Below are positions 1 to 8,375 of a stretch of DNA of 64,000 nucleotides, in pieces. The stretch's first letter is position 1; each line of letters opens with the position of its first letter. The stretch spans positions 2,216-66,215 of the forward strand of contig JABDCU010000006.1 of NCBI GenBank assembly GCA_013287965.1, written 5' to 3'. The DNA comes from Candidatus Omnitrophota bacterium (GTDB taxonomy: Bacteria; Omnitrophota; Gorgyraeia; Zapsychrales; Fredricksoniimonadaceae). The translations under genes were made by a program, and so were the position numbers. The notes beneath the pieces are model-generated. The model ran no database searches. It was given only the letters and a program-made list of their open reading frames with translations, and had not been told where the DNA came from.

Positions 1-3000
1 TCACAGCGAGCTTGATTTATCCGGAGGACGAAATTGGCAAGAAATTTTGGAAACGCATTTACGAAGAAGCAGACAAGAAATTCGGCACAACCAATATTCC
101 TGTGAACACATTTAACAAGGTCTGGATCGTCCCCGAAAAAGCAGTTGTCTACGAAAACGCCAAAGCCGGCACAGCCTATGTGGTGGAAGCAAAATTAAAA
201 GTCATGCTTGAAGAAGACTATTTGTCTCTCTCTCACAATGTCATTCCCGCGCAAGCGGGAATCCACAACAAGAACGACATCAACGCCCTTGGCTCTCAAA
301 TTGTCCGTGAGATTGTCATTCCAGAATTGACCAAAGAAGTCAACTGCGGCCGCAATTTCGCCCAACTCCGCCAAGTTTACAACAGCCTCATCTTGGCCGC
401 CTGGTATAAAAAGAAAATCAAAGACAGTATCCTGGTTCAAGTGTATGACGATAGAAATAAAATCCAAGGCCTTGTCATTCCCGCGAAAGCGGGAATCCAC
501 AACAAGAACGACGTAGAACACATCTATCAACAATACCTAAAAGCCTTCAAAAAAGGCGTCTACAATTACATCAAAGAAGACCAAGACCCTTTGACCCAAC
601 AAACCATCCCAAGAAAATATTTTTCCGGTGGATTGAGAATGGTTGTCAATATACAGACCATGAGGGATTTACCGAGCTTTGCTATGTTACATTCAAACGA
701 TGGATATAGAGTGACAATGGATTTGGCAATGACAACCACTCCCGATACCAGAAGCCTTGTGCATCGTGTTCAGACGGCGGATGTTTATCCGGACATGGAG
801 CGAACAAATTTTATGTTTAAGTACGGACTGAAATTTGAACGCGCGGACCCCAAAGAGATCAGCAACATGCAGAATATGATCAAAAATCCGCTTACGGTTA
901 AAATAGATATTTACCGCCGTCAAGCTGCTGTCGGCCAATTGATCCACTTAGGGACAACGGGGCGTAGAGAATTAGATGGATTGCACGCAGCAGCCAGGTC
1001 TTGGAGTCATGCCCATGCCTGGCTGACTGGAAAAGATAGCGAACACCCGCAAGGCATGCTTGTTTCTTTGATAAACACAGGCAAGGTTAGCGTAGAAAAA
1101 TGGCAGCAGGAAGCCCAGCGCGTTCATAAAAAACAACAGGAAGAAATGCTTCGCAGGAAAGGAAATGAGAAAGAAAAAGAACCTCCTCCTGAAGAAACCG
1201 CTTATTTGGCCCTTGAAGCTGTCTATAATTTTTCTTCTTTATTTGATGGATTGATTAAAAGGCTCGAGGGCTTCAATGACCCCTTACTGCGTGAAATGGC
1301 TGAAGAATTAAACTCATTGAGGCAGGGGTTTTCTTCTCCGGAAGGGTTCTTGGATATTGTCCGCAGGAATGATCAGGAACAATTGGCCGCGATCCATCAG
1401 AAGGCTGATGTCATCGCAGGTAATTTATTGGATCTCGGGGCGCTGTTGTGTTTTGCTGACTACGCGCAAGAAAGAAAGTATGCTCAGGTCAGCTTTGAGG
1501 AAGGCCAGCCTGTTTATTATGAACAAGGAGAGCTTTTTACAGATACTGACGAGAATCAAACAAAGAATGGTAGCCCGGAGGACAGCCTTGTCACGGTCTT
1601 GACAGGCAGTAATATGTCCGGTAAATCACATTATTTAGAACAAAATTTTTACATTCAGCTTTTAGGGCAGGCCTTTGGCTGGGCACCGGTGCAAAAAGGG
1701 AATTTACGGATTTATAAATACATCGCCTATTTAGACCGGCCGCAGGGGGAATATGATTTAAGTTCCTGGGGAAAAGAAGTAACAAATTGGCTTCTTCCGG
1801 AACACCGCATCGGCCAAGACGCCATTTTCTTTGTGGACGAAGGATTTTCCACGACTTCTCCGGAAGACCAGGCCAAATTCCTGAAGGCCTTAAATTCTTT
1901 ACATCAATTGGCCATGAGCCGGGGCGTGCGTTTGATGCTTGCCACTCATAATGAGGAGTATATCAGTGTTAGCGGGAAGGACCGGCAAAAGGTGAAACTG
2001 TACCATTTGGGCGTAGAGGTAAAAAAAGATAAAATTAAATTTACGTATAAACTTAAAAGGGGCAGGGCAGATTCCAACGCCTTCGTTGTAGCACAGGTAT
2101 TGAATTTTCCGAAGCGTGTTTTAGACCGGGCCAAACGTTATGCCCGCGGGCAAGCCCAGCCGGTAAATAATATTGCCCGAAAGGAATTAATCCCTATTCA
2201 AGCATATTCACCTGCTGAACGGGAGGCTGAGAAAAATAAAAAAGGGGGATTTTTGGGATTTTTTCCAAATGATAGCGTATTGCAAATCGTTCCTGCCAAG
2301 GATTCTTGGGACAGGGGCGGTATCGGATGGCGCTATCTATTTAAGGAATATAACACGGTGGGAAAACCATGGAGTCGGCTTAATTCGCATGATTCAAAAG
2401 AGATCTTTCAGCACGATCCTGTTTTTAATGTTTGGAGCCAGGACCCGGATTTTGACGAGGACAGTTCTCCGATGGCAAGGCAGGTGGATTATGGCAAGTT
2501 GACAGGGCAAAAACACCACAGTTACCCTATGCAGAGGATCCACAGGCTTCTTATGGAAGCGTCGGCTCGCGATCCCAAAGAAATTTTAGAACGCCAAAGA
2601 ATGTTTGCTGCCCTTAAAGGATTGGAAAGCACTGATTTTATCAGCAGGCCTTTGGAAAAAGTAGAAGACTTTATGCGCGCGTTGGCCCCCTATGAAGGAG
2701 AGGAAACCTATGATGATGCGCGTTTTAACCTGCGCTTCTTGGAATCATCTGCTGAGATATTCAAACATATAAGTCATCGTAGTACGACGAAAGATCTTAA
2801 GGAAGCTGTGGAATTTTATCTTGGTGTTTTACGGATGAATCTACGGCTTGCCGGCCAAACAGAGAAGGGCTTAGGGGTTGAGGAAGAAATTTCCAAGATT
2901 AAGGAAGTTTTAAGCTTGCAAGAAAAGCTTGATACCTTAGAGCAAGGCAGTCCACGGCATAGCGGGGTAGAGTTCGAGGATGAAGTTTATCAAAAATGGT

Positions 3001-6000
3001 ACAAGGATATTTATGAGCCCAATTTTGACAGGATTTTAGAAAGATTAAGCGAATTAAAAGGCGCGTCGTTAGAATTTTTTGAAACCAAGATAACTGACAA
3101 TACTGAACTTATTGAACAATTTATCCAATCCATTAACACCAAGGTCATGGCTCAAGTACCTGCTTTTTCCGTTTATGATCCCAAGGTATGGGATATCCTG
3201 CGTCAGGAGGTTAATAATTTATATCCTTATGCGTATGAACAAATACAGGCATATTATGGTGGCGATGCTTTCCGAGGTATTGTGCGTTTAAAAAGTCTTT
3301 TGAGTGAGGAAGACGTTGTCAGGCAATTACTGGATGCCATGCGTACGGTAGATTCAGTGCATATGCATCAATGGAGCAATTATTTCGAAGAGATCTTGAA
3401 ATATTCGCTTGGGGCCGTGCGCACAGGCATGGATTATGTCCGGCAATCTGAAGAAAATAGAAAGAAAATACGTGAGCAGGCTTATTGGAATTATCACAAT
3501 TTTGATGAGTTTGAAAAACTGCAAACTATTTTAAATATTGCTTATGTGATCAAATATCAGGACTGGCAGCCGGTGGAATTAACGGACAAAATGCAGATCG
3601 ATATAAAAGGCGCCTGGAACCTGAATAGAAACAAACAGGAACAAGTTCCTTTGAATATGAAAATGGGGGACAATGAACTCCTGCGCATTTATTCCGGCTC
3701 CACGATGTCCGGTAAAACATTCGCGGAAAAAACACTGATATGGCTATCTTTGGCCGGAATGGCCACTGGTTTTGTGCCGGCACAGCGCGCAAAGCTGCCG
3801 GTTTTTGCCCATGTTTTATACCTGGACCGTATTGCAGAGAAACAATTTCGCCATTTGAGTTCTTTTGGCCAGGAAATCACCAACGAGAACGAATTTTTGG
3901 AAAAAGCGGCGGTGCCTGGAGTCGTGCTTGCCGTTGCTGATGAGATCGGGTCAACCACATCGCCGCGGTATCAGGAAGCATGGTCCTATGGTATTTCTGA
4001 GGAAATGCTTGAGGCGGGTAATTTCATGGTCCTCTCATCGCACAATCATCAATTCATTGAAGCCTTTTCCCGCAATAATAAAGAGAGGGTAGGGGTCTAT
4101 AATTTCAAAACCACTGTTGACAAGCAAGCGAATGTGGTTTTTAAACATAAGATCCAAAGAGGGCATGAAGCCAGCAACAGCCTTAGGGTCGCAAAAACCT
4201 TAGGCCTTAAACGGCTGACGGAAATGGTGGAACAGGACAACGCCATGCTCACCACCAGCCGACAAAAGGGCATTGCTTTCCCAAAAAGGCCTTCCGGCGT
4301 AGAAAATAAAATTTGGAATTTAGTACCTAATATCATTATGGTCCATATGATTGATTCGCCTAAATTATTGGATGGTTTGGAAAAGATCGTTCCAAGATTT
4401 AAAAAGCAGTTTATTTTGACATCTCCCCAGTTTCCTAAACCAGCTTTTTTAGGAAAAATTTTTTCCATCGGGAGTTCCTGGGGGGAATTTTCTCCTAAAT
4501 TTTATGAAAATTCTGTTTTTGTTGGCGGCCACATGATGGATTGCTTAGGTAAGTCTGTAGCAGATTTTTCAAAGGCAGCTTTTAAAGCAGGCAGGAGAAA
4601 GGTGACAGTATATTTGTTGGCACCATATGTTTGGACCAATTGGTCAGATAATACTCTTGAGGGTTTTCTACGAGATATGGATTCAAAAGGCGAATCAGTT
4701 AAAATGCTCAACCCATGGACATTTTTCTATAAAAAAAGTTATTTAGACATCATTTTTCGAAAACTTTTGACTGACAATAGGGTTGGTCAGCTGGCTTATT
4801 TGGATAAAGAATTTTTAAATTCATCAACGGTCAAGGTACGGGTCAATGGCGAAGAAAAAGTCATTTATAGCCAAGGCACAACACACACGTTAATTATTGA
4901 TATAGTCAGGGCCAACGACCCTCGATTGAAAATGGATAACTCAATGCTCACCGCCGGTCAGAAGAAATATATAGACGGCGGTTTTGAAAAGGAGATCGGC
5001 GTGCCGTGGGATGGGAAATATGGTTTATCAAAGTGGGCAAAGTCTGTGATTGAAGATCTTGAACCCGCAGAATTACAGGCAATCGCACAGGCAGCCGGGC
5101 CAAAGGCGGCAAAACAGGTGTTTAAGTTCGGGTTCGATACATTGAAAATAGAAAAGGTGTTTACTGCAAAGGACAAAGGATATGGGCCGGGATTGGTGGC
5201 CATGGCAGAGGCGGTTAAAGACAAGACAGGGTTTTTATTGGAAGTTGAATTACCTGGGGCGAAACGAGTAGTAGGCGCGCAGTTTATGGGATACTGGCCT
5301 GGCTTGGTCAGGATTGTACAGGCAGTTGGTCCCAATGCTGTCAATATCGAACCCTATGATGGTGATCTCGGTAAAAAACTTTTTTTAAAAAATGTATTAA
5401 TTACGCTAAAAGAAACTTTTAAAGACGAGTCTAAAGATGAAATTGAAAATGAGCGTGAGTTTAGGGAGCATTGGTGGCCAGAGCTGGTTGAGATGGCAGA
5501 GGCGCTCGGGCCTGACGCGGGAGATGTTCTTTTATACGCATTGCCGACGGTAAAAGGGGTATTGGGCAAGGACTTTAAAGGATATTATTGGCCGGGCTTG
5601 ATCATCATGGCACAAGCGGCAAAAGCCCATACGGTGCTTTTGTTTAAATTGACATTACCGCCATTAAAGAGATTATATGGTAAGAATTTTAAAGAATATT
5701 GGCCGGTATTGGTGGAGATCGCCCGGGATGCCGGGCCTCTCGTAAAATATGTCTTCCGTGGGCTACAGTTGGAGGGTGTGAAATCCCTCGTTTATGATAA
5801 GGAGAGTTTAAAAGAAATAGGCGGGACAGTACTCGACATATTGCACAAAGCCCAGGAGCGTGGGGGCGATCTTGAAGTTGTATTCCCGAGTTTGGCGAAA
5901 GTTAAGGAGGATCCTCAGACGCATGAGGTGGTGGATCCGGACCATATTTTTCTACCTGAGCAGATAAGTTTGATAAACCGGAACTTGGCGAACCATTACC

Positions 6001-7436
6001 ACGAAAATGCGGCGATGGTGTCCAAGAGCAAGGCTTTTAGCGACCGGGCGATGACCAAAGTGGTCAATGGCCATGGGCAGGAAGATCCACTTGTTGTGGA
6101 AGAAAAGATCAAAAAGTTTAATAACGATTTTATCAAATGGGAAAATGTTTGGGACGAAATGCACCGTCAATGGCTTCATGGAGGGGTCCTGATAGATTTT
6201 TGGTTGGGGAAAATCATGCGCGATCATTTGAATTTTAGGGATTATTCGCCTGAAGATTTGGGAGGAGGGGGACGGAGTTCTCCGATACCGTCCAATAAGG
6301 GCGTAATAATGTGGTATGCGTCTAACTCGAAATATCCTTCAGGGATGGTGCTTACTAAAGAGAATTTTATGCGTATGATGCTGGATTTACTTGAACGGGA
6401 CCAGCGCGCAGCAAGGATCTTGATGTGGCAGCTTATTAAAGCTAGCGATGATACAATTGGCCAAGAAGCCATGCACCGCATTGGTCAAGCAAAGGATGAA
6501 GTGGTTAGTCAATATCGGGTGGAAAGACTGGTCCGGTTGCTCCAAAAAGAAAAGATCAACAGGGCATCGTTTCATTTAATGGAGGATATTAAAGAAGTTT
6601 TTGGCAGTGTGACTGATTTTTATGCTTATGACAAAGGTTTTGATCCAGAAATTATTAATAAAACAAGAGGTGATATTGCGTTGAAATGGTCGCATCGGGG
6701 TGCAGATGAGATGCGATGGGGAATTTTAAAACCAGGCCACTTTAAGGCGCTGATCGCTGATCTATTGCAAAAAGATCCTCTGATGGCCAGAAAATTAATT
6801 ATCTCTATGTTAAAAATAAGCCCTAAGAAAGAACAGAAAGCCGTTAATGCCAGGGTCCGAAGAATAGGAGGACAGAAAAAACTGGATGAGATCAATGCCC
6901 TTGCTGATAAATTAATGCAGATGCCATATTTTACAATTTCGCCCCAGCTTGCAGAAGACATGTCACGGGTTTTAAGAAGATTTGGCTGGTATGCCCGGCA
7001 GGGAAAGATTTATATACCTGATAACTCTAAATTAGAGATAAAAGAAGCAGATGAAGTTCAATTCTTATATCATCTTCCAAAAGAAAAAGTCACTAAGGGG
7101 TTTAAGGCGGCCAGAAACAGGGTCCTTTACATATTGGCTGATTTATTGGAAAAGAATAAGTCTGTTTTTAATCAACTTGAACGTGAGGCGGCCAACGCTG
7201 CGATGTCGGTGGAGAATAGAGGTGGTATTGATTTCACCGCTAATAAGACACCGTTGGAGGTGAAAGTGGATTCCCGCTTGCGCGGGAATGACAATGGGAT
7301 ACAGTTTCACCTTGATCCTGCACAGCTTGCACAACTGCAAAATGCGCCTGGTTTTGTGCCGGTGATCATCAGTATTCAGCCCCTGGCTGGCGGACAGGCC
7401 GGGATAACGGATTTGCGCCATTTTTTGGAAACATAA
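1..7436 (+). CDS. Giant multidomain protein, 5' end outside window (2,477 codons visible): conserved N-module, two MutS-type ATPase modules, helical repeats, conserved C-module
   Basis: One uninterrupted frame from the window edge (codon phase starts at nt 3; T-A-S-L-I-Y equals aa 156-161 of the paralog at 38261) to the TAA at 7434-7436. The TTG at 12 in the ORF track is therefore not the real start. Domain evidence is given in the sub-features. Confidence 0.85.
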   Translation, partial: TASLIYPEDEIGKKFWKRIYEEADKKFGTTNIPVNTFNKVWIVPEKAVVYENAKAGTAYVVEAKLKVMLEEDYLSLSHNVIPAQAGIHNKNDINALGSQIVREIVIPELTKEVNCGRNFAQLRQVYNSLILAAWYKKKIKDSILVQVYDDRNKIQGLVIPAKAGIHNKNDVEHIYQQYLKAFKKGVYNYIKEDQDPLTQQTIPRKYFSGGLRMVVNIQTMRDLPSFAMLHSNDGYRVTMDLAMTTTPDTRSLVHRVQTADVYPDMERTNFMFKYGLKFERADPKEISNMQNMIKNPLTVKIDIYRRQAAVGQLIHLGTTGRRELDGLHAAARSWSHAHAWLTGKDSEHPQGMLVSLINTGKVSVEKWQQEAQRVHKKQQEEMLRRKGNEKEKEPPPEETAYLALEAVYNFSSLFDGLIKRLEGFNDPLLREMAEELNSLRQGFSSPEGFLDIVRRNDQEQLAAIHQKADVIAGNLLDLGALLCFADYAQERKYAQVSFEEGQPVYYEQGELFTDTDENQTKNGSPEDSLVTVLTGSNMSGKSHYLEQNFYIQLLGQAFGWAPVQKGNLRIYKYIAYLDRPQGEYDLSSWGKEVTNWLLPEHRIGQDAIFFVDEGFSTTSPEDQAKFLKALNSLHQLAMSRGVRLMLATHNEEYISVSGKDRQKVKLYHLGVEVKKDKIKFTYKLKRGRADSNAFVVAQVLNFPKRVLDRAKRYARGQAQPVNNIARKELIPIQAYSPAEREAEKNKKGGFLGFFPNDSVLQIVPAKDSWDRGGIGWRYLFKEYNTVGKPWSRLNSHDSKEIFQHDPVFNVWSQDPDFDEDSSPMARQVDYGKLTGQKHHSYPMQRIHRLLMEASARDPKEILERQRMFAALKGLESTDFISRPLEKVEDFMRALAPYEGEETYDDARFNLRFLESSAEIFKHISHRSTTKDLKEAVEFYLGVLRMNLRLAGQTEKGLGVEEEISKIKEVLSLQEKLDTLEQGSPRHSGVEFEDEVYQKWYKDIYEPNFDRILERLSELKGASLEFFETKITDNTELIEQFIQSINTKVMAQVPAFSVYDPKVWDILRQEVNNLYPYAYEQIQAYYGGDAFRGIVRLKSLLSEEDVVRQLLDAMRTVDSVHMHQWSNYFEEILKYSLGAVRTGMDYVRQSEENRKKIREQAYWNYHNFDEFEKLQTILNIAYVIKYQDWQPVELTDKMQIDIKGAWNLNRNKQEQVPLNMKMGDNELLRIYSGSTMSGKTFAEKTLIWLSLAGMATGFVPAQRAKLPVFAHVLYLDRIAEKQFRHLSSFGQEITNENEFLEKAAVPGVVLAVADEIGSTTSPRYQEAWSYGISEEMLEAGNFMVLSSHNHQFIEAFSRNNKERVGVYNFKTTVDKQANVVFKHKIQRGHEASNSLRVAKTLGLKRLTEMVEQDNAMLTTSRQKGIAFPKRPSGVENKIWNLVPNIIMVHMIDSPKLLDGLEKIVPRFKKQFILTSPQFPKPAFLGKIFSIGSSWGEFSPKFYENSVFVGGHMMDCLGKSVADFSKAAFKAGRRKVTVYLLAPYVWTNWSDNTLEGFLRDMDSKGESVKMLNPWTFFYKKSYLDIIFRKLLTDNRVGQLAYLDKEFLNSSTVKVRVNGEEKVIYSQGTTHTLIIDIVRANDPRLKMDNSMLTAGQKKYIDGGFEKEIGVPWDGKYGLSKWAKSVIEDLEPAELQAIAQAAGPKAAKQVFKFGFDTLKIEKVFTAKDKGYGPGLVAMAEAVKDKTGFLLEVELPGAKRVVGAQFMGYWPGLVRIVQAVGPNAVNIEPYDGDLGKKLFLKNVLITLKETFKDESKDEIENEREFREHWWPELVEMAEALGPDAGDVLLYALPTVKGVLGKDFKGYYWPGLIIMAQAAKAHTVLLFKLTLPPLKRLYGKNFKEYWPVLVEIARDAGPLVKYVFRGLQLEGVKSLVYDKESLKEIGGTVLDILHKAQERGGDLEVVFPSLAKVKEDPQTHEVVDPDHIFLPEQISLINRNLANHYHENAAMVSKSKAFSDRAMTKVVNGHGQEDPLVVEEKIKKFNNDFIKWENVWDEMHRQWLHGGVLIDFWLGKIMRDHLNFRDYSPEDLGGGGRSSPIPSNKGVIMWYASNSKYPSGMVLTKENFMRMMLDLLERDQRAARILMWQLIKASDDTIGQEAMHRIGQAKDEVVSQYRVERLVRLLQKEKINRASFHLMEDIKEVFGSVTDFYAYDKGFDPEIINKTRGDIALKWSHRGADEMRWGILKPGHFKALIADLLQKDPLMARKLIISMLKISPKKEQKAVNARVRRIGGQKKLDEINALADKLMQMPYFTISPQLAEDMSRVLRRFGWYARQGKIYIPDNSKLEIKEADEVQFLYHLPKEKVTKGFKAARNRVLYILADLLEKNKSVFNQLEREAANAAMSVENRGGIDFTANKTPLEVKVDSRLRGNDNGIQFHLDPAQLAQLQNAPGFVPVIISIQPLAGGQAGITDLRHFLET
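240..278 (+). repeat. In-frame palindromic hairpin element, copy A (27-nt core + 12-nt tail), translated VIPAQAGIH-NKND
   Basis: Sequence is gtcATTCCCGCgcaaGCGGGAATccac: an 8-bp perfect stem with a GCAA (GNRA) loop, 27 nt = 9 codons. It is 38/39 identical to 474-512, and the core is 27/27 identical to the reverse complement of 7266-7292. Confidence 0.9.
474..512 (+). repeat. In-frame palindromic hairpin element, copy B, translated VIPAKAGIH-NKND
   Basis: Sequence is gtcATTCCCGCgaaaGCGGGAATccac + aacaagaacgac, with a GAAA loop. The core is 27/27 identical to the reverse complement of 43211-43237. The paralog has no element at this site (GYKNSIN instead). Confidence 0.9.
1404..2147 (+). other. 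MutS-type ATPase module 1 (domain V-like, with preceding core-like helices)
   Basis: Motifs appear in the canonical MutS domain V order: Walker A VLTGSNMSGKSHYLEQ (GSNMSGKS at 1605-1628), Walker B FFVDEGFSTTSPEDQ, LMLATHNEE, then FTYKLKRGRADSNAFVVAQVLNFP. Confidence 0.7.
3534..4226 (+). other. MutS-type ATPase module 2
   Basis: Second copy of the same motif series: IYSGSTMSGKTFAEK (GSTMSGKT at 3696-3719), LAVADEIGSTTSPRYQ, VLSSHNHQF, FKHKIQRGHEASNSLRVAKTLGL. Confidence 0.7.
5058..5816 (+). repeat. About six degenerate ~37-45-aa helical repeats (HEAT/ARM-like) inside the giant ORF
   Basis: Recurring unit [FY]xG-[YW]WP[GEV]L[VI]xxAxAxGP...LP..K...GK.F. Examples: YGPGLVAMAEAV, YWPGLVRIVQAVGPNA, WWPELVEMAEALGPDAG, YYWPGLIIMAQAAKAH, YWPVLVEIARDAGPLV. 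Confidence 0.6.
7221..7436 (+). repeat. Conserved C-terminal module (partner 43163-43360)
   Basis: GGIDF..(hairpin insert)..GIQFHLDPAQLAQLQNAPGFVPVIISIQPL aligns with GGIDL...GIQFHLDPAMLAQLQNAPGFVPVIINIQPL in the second giant ORF. Confidence 0.85.
7266..7292 (-). repeat. In-frame hairpin element in opposite orientation, translated VDSRLRGND
   Basis: gtgGATTCCCGCttgcGCGGGAATgac is the exact reverse complement of 240-266. Confidence 0.9.
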
Positions 7437-7447
7437 GAGAAAATGAC

Positions 7448-7476
7448 TTTACATATCTATGAGCGGAGGATATAAT
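7448..7476 (+). promoter_or_regulatory. Candidate sigma70-type promoter for hisG
   Basis: TTTACA (7448-7453), 17-nt spacer, TATAAT (7471-7476). The ATG at 7487 is only 10 nt downstream, so the leader would be very short. Confidence 0.35.
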
Positions 7477-7486
7477 TCCAAACCAT

Positions 7487-8362
7487 ATGAAAAAGCTTAA
7501 GTTAGGATTGCCTAAAGGAAGTTTGCAGGACGCCACCGTGGCCTTGTTTGAGAAGGCGGGCTTTAAGGTGATGGTGTCCACCCGTTCCTATTTCCCTCAA
7601 ATTGACGACGAGGAAATTTCGCCGGTGCTTTTGCGCGCCCAGGAAATGTCCCGTTATGTTGAAGATGAGACCCTGGATTGCGGCATCACCGGTGCTGACT
7701 GGATCCAGGAGAATTCTTCCCAGGTCACATCCTTGGCCGAGCTTTTATATGCCAAACAGACCAGCAATAAGGTTCGCTGGGTCCTGGCCGTGCCTGAAGC
7801 TTCCTCTATTAGGTCAGTCAAAGACCTGCAAGGCAAGAAGATCGCCACTGAAGTTGTCAATGTCACCAAAAAATATTTAGCCAAACATAAGGTCAAGGCA
7901 GATGTGGAATTTTCCTGGGGTGCCACCGAAGCCAAGGTCGCCACAGGCCTTGTTGATGCCATTGTTGAATTGACGGAGACAGGTTCGTCCCTGCGCGCCA
8001 ATAAGCTGCGCATCGTTGATACTTTGTGCGAATCCACCACCCAATTCATTGCCAATAAAAAAGCCCTTAAAGATCCTTGGAAAAAAATGAAAATGGACCA
8101 GATCATTATGCTGTTAAAAGGGGCCTTGCAGGCGAAAAACATGGTGGGCTTGAAGATGAATGTGCAGCGTAAGAATTTGAACAAGATCTTAAAGTCAGTC
8201 ACCGCGTTGCGCAATCCCACGATCTCACCATTAGTCAACGACCAGTGGGTGGCCCTGGAAACAGTCATTGATGAAGGTACCGTACGTAAAATTATCCCGG
8301 CCCTTAAAGAAGCAGGGGCTGAAGGGATCATTGAATATTCGCTCAATAAGTTGATATATTAA
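7487..8362 (+). CDS. hisG: ATP phosphoribosyltransferase (long form)
   Basis: 291 aa. [22 protein letters not shown]-terminus, [26 protein letters not shown] core, and a C-terminal regulatory-domain-length tail. Confidence 0.85.
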   Translation: MKKLKLGLPKGSLQDATVALFEKAGFKVMVSTRSYFPQIDDEEISPVLLRAQEMSRYVEDETLDCGITGADWIQENSSQVTSLAELLYAKQTSNKVRWVLAVPEASSIRSVKDLQGKKIATEVVNVTKKYLAKHKVKADVEFSWGATEAKVATGLVDAIVELTETGSSLRANKLRIVDTLCESTTQFIANKKALKDPWKKMKMDQIIMLLKGALQAKNMVGLKMNVQRKNLNKILKSVTALRNPTISPLVNDQWVALETVIDEGTVRKIIPALKEAGAEGIIEYSLNKLIY

Positions 8363-8375
8363 AGGAAGGAAGAAA

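Larger units (their letters stand above)
3..632 (+). repeat. Conserved N-terminal module (dispersed coding repeat; partner 38726-39358)
   Basis: LIYPEDEIGKKFWKRIYEEA...VWIVPEKAVVYEN...ALGSQIVREIVIPELTKE...FAQLRQVYNSLILA.WYKKKIKDSIL...DPLTQQ.IPRKYFSGG aligns with the second giant ORF. In the first 76 aligned codons I count 37 nt differences but only 3 aa differences. Confidence 0.9.

Noticed and set aside
240-512. Two near-identical 39-nt direct repeats 195 nt apart, considered as a mini CRISPR array.
   Set aside because: There are only two copies and both lie inside a continuous, conserved ORF. The repeat is a stem-loop also found inverted elsewhere, the spacer is conserved coding sequence, and no cas genes are in the window.
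195-533. 112-aa minus-strand ORF (and the similar 38735-39091 minus ORF) containing VDSRFRGND/VDSRLRGND.
   Set aside because: This is a shadow ORF antisense to the conserved N-module. It is open only because the palindromic elements are stop-free in both orientations. The plus-strand frame is the one conserved between paralogs, with mostly synonymous differences.
7654-8346. Long minus-strand ORFs antisense to well-supported genes: 7654-8346, 11691-12284, 15952-16506, 23101-23802, 41275-41817, 46671-47267, 51043-51618, 61343-62080.
   Set aside because: Each lies wholly inside a plus-strand gene with clear family motifs. None has a recognisable motif or RBS. They are typical antisense shadow frames.
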